NCBI GenBank assembly: GCA_965238005.1
Contig: OZ250165.1
Span: forward strand, 4,096,001-4,160,000
Length of the DNA: 64,000 bases
Source of the DNA: Longimicrobiales bacterium
GTDB taxonomy: Bacteria; Gemmatimonadota; Gemmatimonadetes; Longimicrobiales; Gaopeijiaceae
Reading direction: 5' to 3'
The notes under the pieces are model-generated. The model saw only the letters and a program-made list of their open reading frames with translations. It ran no database searches and had not been told where the DNA came from. The first letter of the stretch is position 1. Every line of letters begins with the position of its first letter. A program made the position numbers and the translations under genes. This document shows positions 59,217 through 64,000 of the stretch, in pieces.

Positions 59217-61362
59217 GATCCTCGCGTGCCAGACGCCGCATCAGTGCCGCGGGGGCGAATCGAGGCCCGTGCCTCTTCTCCAGATCCTCCAGCCTGGCGA
59301 GGACGGTGCGGGCGTGGATGGTGTCCGCGAACCGAAGCAGGCCGCCTCGGAAGGGTGGGAAGCCGGTGCCCATGATCATGGCGAGATCCACGTCACTGGC
59401 CCGCGTCACGATGCCCGCCTCCAACGCGCGAGCGGCCTCGTTCACCATGGCCAGCACAAGGCGACTTCTGATCTCCCGGGTCTCGATGGTGATCCGATCG
59501 TCGGGGACGGTGGGGGCCAGCACCGCGTAGATGTCCGGATCGACGCCCTTCTCCTTGTCACCATCGTACCGGTAGAACCCGAGCCCACCCTTCTTGCCCA
59601 GCCGCCCGCTGTCGGCCAGGGCGACCAGCGGCGGAGATGGGGCGAGGCGCTCACCCAGGGCCTCGTAGAGGGACTGGCCGGCGTGCCGGCTGATGTCGAT
59701 CCCCACCTCGTCCACCAGCCGGAGCGGTCCCATGGGCATGCCGAAGTTCTTCGCCGCCCCGTCCACGGCCTCGACGCTGGCTCCGTCCGCCAGGAGGAAG
59801 CCCGCCTCGTTCACGTATGGCCCAAGGATGCGGTTCACGAGGAAGCCGGGGCCGTCCCCCGTAACCACGGGCACCTTGCCCAACGCCAGCGCCAGAGCGT
59901 ACACGGTGGCCACCGCTTCGTCGCTGGTCCTGGCCCCACGCACCACCTCCACCAGGGGCATGCGGTGGACCGGGTTGAAGAAGTGCATGCCGGCGAAGTT
60001 CTCCGGGCGAGAGAGAGCGGTGCTCATCTCGTCCACAGACAGCGAGGACGTGTTCGTCGCCAGGATGCAGGCCCTCCGGAGGGCCTCCTCCGTCTCCCGG
60101 AGGACGATGCGCTTGATGTCCATCTTCTCGACCACGGCCTCTACGACCAGGTCGAGCCGTCCGAACCCCTCGTAGTCGAGGCCACCGGAGATGAGGGCTA
60201 TGCGCTGCTCGGCTTCCCGACGACTCAGCTTCTTGCGCTTCACCAGCTTGTCGAAGAGGCCCCGGGCGTGCTGCAGGCCGCTGGAGACGGCCTCGTGGTT
60301 GATGTCCTTCATGCGGACATGGATGCCACGGTGGGCGGCTAGCTGGGCGATGCCGCCTCCCATGACGCCGGCGCCGAGGACACCGAGGTACTCGACGCGA
60401 CCGGGTGTGACCGCAGCGTCCTGGACGCCCGTTCCCTTCCGTGCGTCCTCCCGGAGGTCGAAGACGTGGATCAGGTTCTTGCTCACCGACGAGACGATGA
60501 GATCCCCTGCCGCGTCGGCCTCGATCTCCAGGGCCCTGGAGAGAGGACGCCCGAGGCTGCGGCTCAGAACCTCGAGGATCCTGAGCGGCGCCGGATAGTG
60601 GCCGCCCATCTGGGAGAGCACGCGCCTCTTGGCCATGCTGAGGACGAGGAGGCGCCCGGGTACCGTGTCGTCCATCAGGCGCTTGAACACCGGCCGGCGA
60701 GCGCGGGTACGCTTGGACTGGTCGTCGGACTGAGCCGCGGCGAAGGCTGCCGCTTTTTCGTCGAACAGGTCAGCAGGAAGGATCGCGTCCACGAGTCCGA
60801 TACGCTTCGCCTTGGACGCCGAGATCTGACGTCCGGTGAGCATCACGTCCAGGGCGGCCTGGAGGCCCACGAGTCGTGGGAGCCGGGCGGTGCCGCCCCA
60901 TGCAGGAAGGATGCCCAGAAGGACCTCGGGAAGGCCCAAGGCGGTCCTCGGGGAGTCGGAGGCCACGCGATGGCTGCACGCCAGCGACAGCTCGGTCCCA
61001 CCGCCCAGACAGATGCCGTGAATCGCCGCAACCGTGGGGACGTCCAGGTCTTCGATAGATCCGAAAACGGCCTGTCCCATCCGAGACGCGTGCGCGCCCT
61101 GCGCCGGGTCCTCGATGGCCTCGATGGCCGCGACGTCGGCGCCGGCGATGAACCCACTCTTGCCGGTTCGGAACAGGAGGGCGCGAAGTCGCCCCTGTCG
61201 AGCGAGATCACGGGCCTCGTTCACGAGGTCGGCGAGACGTGTCATGACCGCCTCGGTGAGGACGTTCACCTTCCTGTCCGGATCGTCGAAGGTGATCCGC
61301 CCGATCCCGTCCTCGCCGACCTCGAGGGAGGGATGCGGCCCAGTTGGTTGGCTCGAGCTCAT
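59188..61362 (-). CDS. fadJ: Fatty acid oxidation complex alpha subunit (enoyl-CoA hydratase/3-hydroxyacyl-CoA dehydrogenase)
   Basis: FIAGAD, CLGGGTEL, PEVLLG, GAGVMGGGI, TNTSSL, MHFFNP, PGFLVNR, GFPPFRGG. Confidence 0.9.
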   Translation of the reverse strand: MSSSQPTGPHPSLEVGEDGIGRITFDDPDRKVNVLTEAVMTRLADLVNEARDLARQGRLRALLFRTGKSGFIAGADVAAIEAIEDPAQGAHASRMGQAVFGSIEDLDVPTVAAIHGICLGGGTELSLACSHRVASDSPRTALGLPEVLLGILPAWGGTARLPRLVGLQAALDVMLTGRQISASKAKRIGLVDAILPADLFDEKAAAFAAAQSDDQSKRTRARRPVFKRLMDDTVPGRLLVLSMAKRRVLSQMGGHYPAPLRILEVLSRSLGRPLSRALEIEADAAGDLIVSSVSKNLIHVFDLREDARKGTGVQDAAVTPGRVEYLGVLGAGVMGGGIAQLAAHRGIHVRMKDINHEAVSSGLQHARGLFDKLVKRKKLSRREAEQRIALISGGLDYEGFGRLDLVVEAVVEKMDIKRIVLRETEEALRRACILATNTSSLSVDEMSTALSRPENFAGMHFFNPVHRMPLVEVVRGARTSDEAVATVYALALALGKVPVVTGDGPGFLVNRILGPYVNEAGFLLADGASVEAVDGAAKNFGMPMGPLRLVDEVGIDISRHAGQSLYEALGERLAPSPPLVALADSGRLGKKGGLGFYRYDGDKEKGVDPDIYAVLAPTVPDDRITIETREIRSRLVLAMVNEAARALEAGIVTRASDVDLAMIMGTGFPPFRGGLLRFADTIHARTVLARLEDLEKRHGPRFAPAALMRRLAREDRGFYESFAG

Positions 61363-61550
61363 GTGCGCGCCGCACCCCACTTCGTCAGGAGGCTTCGAGT
61401 GTGGCTCCCCCGTAAGCTACCGAATGCCAGAAGGCTGTTGAAGAAGTACAATGGGCCGCGCACAGACAGCCTTCTACCCCGTCCGCATTTGCGAAAGCCC
61501 CGGGGATCGCGAGCGATCTCCGGGGCCTCCGGTCCGCGGGATTCGACGGT

Positions 61551-62327
61551 CTACAGCTTGGGCCGTGCCGTGGCGTTTTCCCGGGTCAGGCGAACCTGGA
61601 CGGGATCCCGCCCCGAGACGGTGACGGGGATGTTCCAGTACAGCTCCGTGTACGGGAGCTCGTAGCGCGCCGAGATCCACCACTCGCCTCGCTTGACCTC
61701 GAATCCGTCGGCGACGCCGCTGGCGTCCGTGGTGTCGTATAGGATGTCGCGTCCACTGCTCTGGAGACGAGTGGCCATGATGACGCCTACGCCGGCGAAG
61801 GCCTCGTCGGCCCACTGCTCACGTAGCAGCTTGGTCTCCTCGGCTGCCACGAACGACGCCTCCTGGAGTGAAGTGAAGTTCCCGAAGGCCAGATCCCGGG
61901 CACGCTCGACCCTGTTGTACTGGGCCTCCAGGTCCTGGAAGTCCCGGTAGAGGAGCCGGTACTGGCCGCTGTTGCGCCTCATTCCGTCGAGGGTCTCGCT
62001 GAGGGTCTGGAGCGTATCCCGCAGGACGTTCCAGCGCGCCTCCGTGTCCCGCCACTCCTGCTGCGCAGCCGAGACCGCGTTCTGGGCGTTGAGCACGGTG
62101 TCCGGAATGAGTGGCTCGGGGGTCGTCGCCGCCGCGGTCAGCGAATCGAAGATGACGTCCCGATTGAACGGCAACATCCGGATCTCCAGATCGCCCAGAG
62201 CCCTCGCCGCGACCGCCTGTTCGGGGTCGTCAGAACCGAGCTCGGCGTTCACGGCCACCTGAGTGGGGCCGCAGGCGGAGAGAAGGGCGGTTCCTAACAC
62301 GCCCAGCAGAAGCTTGCTTCGCGTCAT
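61551..62327 (-). CDS. Hypothetical lipoprotein with a central coiled coil
   Basis: LSAC lipobox; GGAG RBS; helical mid-section; beta-rich C-terminus. Confidence 0.75.
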   Translation of the reverse strand: MTRSKLLLGVLGTALLSACGPTQVAVNAELGSDDPEQAVAARALGDLEIRMLPFNRDVIFDSLTAAATTPEPLIPDTVLNAQNAVSAAQQEWRDTEARWNVLRDTLQTLSETLDGMRRNSGQYRLLYRDFQDLEAQYNRVERARDLAFGNFTSLQEASFVAAEETKLLREQWADEAFAGVGVIMATRLQSSGRDILYDTTDASGVADGFEVKRGEWWISARYELPYTELYWNIPVTVSGRDPVQVRLTRENATARPKL

Positions 62328-62495
62328 GTCCAACTCCGTTACACGTTCTTGAAAAAGTGGCCCAAGGTACAACTCGTCGGAGGCTCCATCAAGGTTACCG
62401 TAACGGATCGCCGGAGGTCTGACCAGCGCGATCCGGGTCATTCGGGAAGGACAGTGGGAGGAGCAGGATTCCGGCTCGTCGAGTGGCCACAAATG

Positions 62496-62519
62496 AAAAA
62501 GGGCGCCCCGGGGCGCCCT
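62496..62519 (-). terminator. Intrinsic terminator downstream of the M23 gene
   Basis: AGGGCGCCCCGGGGCGCCCT palindrome followed by a T-run on the minus strand. Confidence 0.7.
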
Positions 62520-62579
62520 CGTGATCGCAACCTCGACGCACTCTCTACTTACGAAAAGCCACCTGCCGAAGAGTTGTGC

Positions 62580-63509
62580 CTAAGGAATCACGCCGCTCAA
62601 CACGTAGTCGAGCGGATTTCGGGCCTTGCCACCCACCCAGACCTCGTAGTGCAGGTGGTCCGCGGTGGCCGTCCCGGTTCGGCCAACCTGGGCGAGTGCA
62701 TCGCCCCGCTGGATCCTCTGACCCTTCCTAACCAGGATCTCGGACGCGTGTGCATACCGGGTCATGTACCCGAACCCGTGGTTCACCTCGACGGTGTACC
62801 CGTAGCCCGACTTCCAGCCGGCGTACCATACGACACCCTTGGCCGCAGCGAGGATCGGTGTGCCCTTGAGAGCGTGGAGGTCGATTCCTGGATGCGGGAG
62901 CTCCTTGTGGTAGATCGGATGCAGGCGGGCAGAGCTGAATCCGCTGCTCAGGAGCCCCTCGGTCGGAATGATTGAGGGCGTCGACTCGAGGAGATCGTGG
63001 TGCGCCTCCAGGCTGTCGGTGGCCTCAGCCAGGCTCTCCGAGAGTAGTCTGGCGCGGCGCTCGAGAGCCAGCAGATCGTAGGACGTGGCGAACGTCTCCT
63101 TCGCCGTGGTCGGATCGGCCTCCCACAGGGGGCTGGACTCGGGCGTAAGCATACCGGGACCGCCGACGCCCACCTGGAAGATCTCCTCGTCGATGGTTTC
63201 AAGACCCGCCAGAAGGCGGAAACGCTGGTCCTGATCGATGAGCCCGTCGATGGAGCCTTCCATCCGAGCGACCCGAGTCTGAATCGTCTGGAGCTCCTGG
63301 GTGAGGAGCGACTTCTCCTGCTCGAGCTTGCGTGCCTCATAACGGGCTGAGCCGTCGACGGCCACCAGCATGGCCAGCCCCGTTACCACGACGGTGAAAC
63401 CGCCCAGCAGGGAGGCTAGGCCGTGGATTGTCCGGGAGGACGCACTGTACTGGCGAATCGGGCTTCCCTCGTCCGAGATGCACAGGAAAGTCCAGCGTTT
63501 GTCAGCCAT
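62580..63509 (-). CDS. M23 family metallopeptidase with TM and coiled coil
   Basis: HPGID, GYGYTVEVNHG, TRYAH, HLHYEV. Confidence 0.93.
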   Translation of the reverse strand: MADKRWTFLCISDEGSPIRQYSASSRTIHGLASLLGGFTVVVTGLAMLVAVDGSARYEARKLEQEKSLLTQELQTIQTRVARMEGSIDGLIDQDQRFRLLAGLETIDEEIFQVGVGGPGMLTPESSPLWEADPTTAKETFATSYDLLALERRARLLSESLAEATDSLEAHHDLLESTPSIIPTEGLLSSGFSSARLHPIYHKELPHPGIDLHALKGTPILAAAKGVVWYAGWKSGYGYTVEVNHGFGYMTRYAHASEILVRKGQRIQRGDALAQVGRTGTATADHLHYEVWVGGKARNPLDYVLSGVIP

Positions 63510-63538
63510 TACGGCGCTCGCTCACCTTCTTGTTAGAG

Positions 63539-63588
63539 GACTACCCTGTGTTCCACCTGCTTTGCTAGAAGACTACCCTGTGTTCCAC
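63539..63588. repeat. 18-bp perfect direct repeat, 32-bp period
   Basis: GACTACCCTGTGTTCCAC at 63539-63556 and 63571-63588. Confidence 0.8.
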
Positions 63589-63667
63589 TGCCGGTATCGA
63601 GCATAAGGGGGTCATGCTCGATCCTCCAGGGTGGAGCAAGAAACATACCCGGCGCCAGCCGAGAGTG

Positions 63668-64000
63668 TCAAGCATTCTGATCGGGCTTCGGAAAGAGGGG
63701 AATTCCCTTGCTGACTCTGCGTCCTGCGAGGCTCATGGCCGCCGCCTCGTCGAGCGGAGGCACCCCGTCCAACCCCAACATTCTTGCCAGATCGGTCATT
63801 TTTTCCGGAGTGACCGGCAAGAAGAGCGCGCTGAGCACGGTGAGCGCCCGGGCGAGCGTCGCCAGCGTCTCGTCGAGCTCGCCGGCTCGCTCGGGATCTT
63901 TCGCGTGTGCCCAGGGTTCCCGCCTGTCCACGTACCCGTTCGCCGTGCGGGCCAGATCCATGGCGGAGGCCAGGGCGTCGTGGACGCGGAGCTCATCCAT
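63668..64000 (-). CDS. metG: Methionine--tRNA ligase C-terminal part (5' truncated by the window)
   Basis: ANGYVDRREPW..LFLPVTPEK..PLFPK anticodon-binding domain. Confidence 0.8.
   Translation of the reverse strand: MDELRVHDALASAMDLARTANGYVDRREPWAHAKDPERAGELDETLATLARALTVLSALFLPVTPEKMTDLARMLGLDGVPPLDEAAAMSLAGRRVSKGIPLFPKPDQNA

Noticed and set aside
63539..63588. Possible mini-CRISPR
   Set aside because: Only two 18-bp repeats, a 14-bp spacer resembling the flank, and no cas genes.

Overview
GC-rich bacterial chromosome segment; gene content suggests Gemmatimonadota (inference). It is mostly housekeeping and envelope genes: apaG, MntR/DtxR regulator, DEAD-box helicase, HU, infA, ferritin, tkt, leuS, waaA, uvrA, gyrA, fadJ-like, metG 3' end, two cyclophilins and two ABC exporters. 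Mobile DNA comprises one intact IS1182-family element that disrupts a K+ channel gene, plus a family of ~170-190 bp TA-flanked MITE-like hairpin elements (3 full copies and 1 lone end) whose termini covary. Several intergenic spaces are filled with eroded gene remnants (D-aminoacylase, PilB/GspE, GMC oxidoreductase, molybdo-oxidoreductase-like N-terminus). The most interesting candidates are: (i) a three-gene cluster carrying two apparent pseudoenzymes, a cysteine-less DsbA/FrnE-fold protein and a DEAD-box helicase with its ATPase motifs erased but an intact DbpA RNA-binding domain; (ii) an unannotated GGA-rich sRNA candidate with ECF-type promoters and a terminator; (iii) the structured MITE family, one end of which appears to supply the start of a fused M16 peptidase gene. 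No rRNA, tRNA or CRISPR array was seen. All calls were made by eye, with no database searches.
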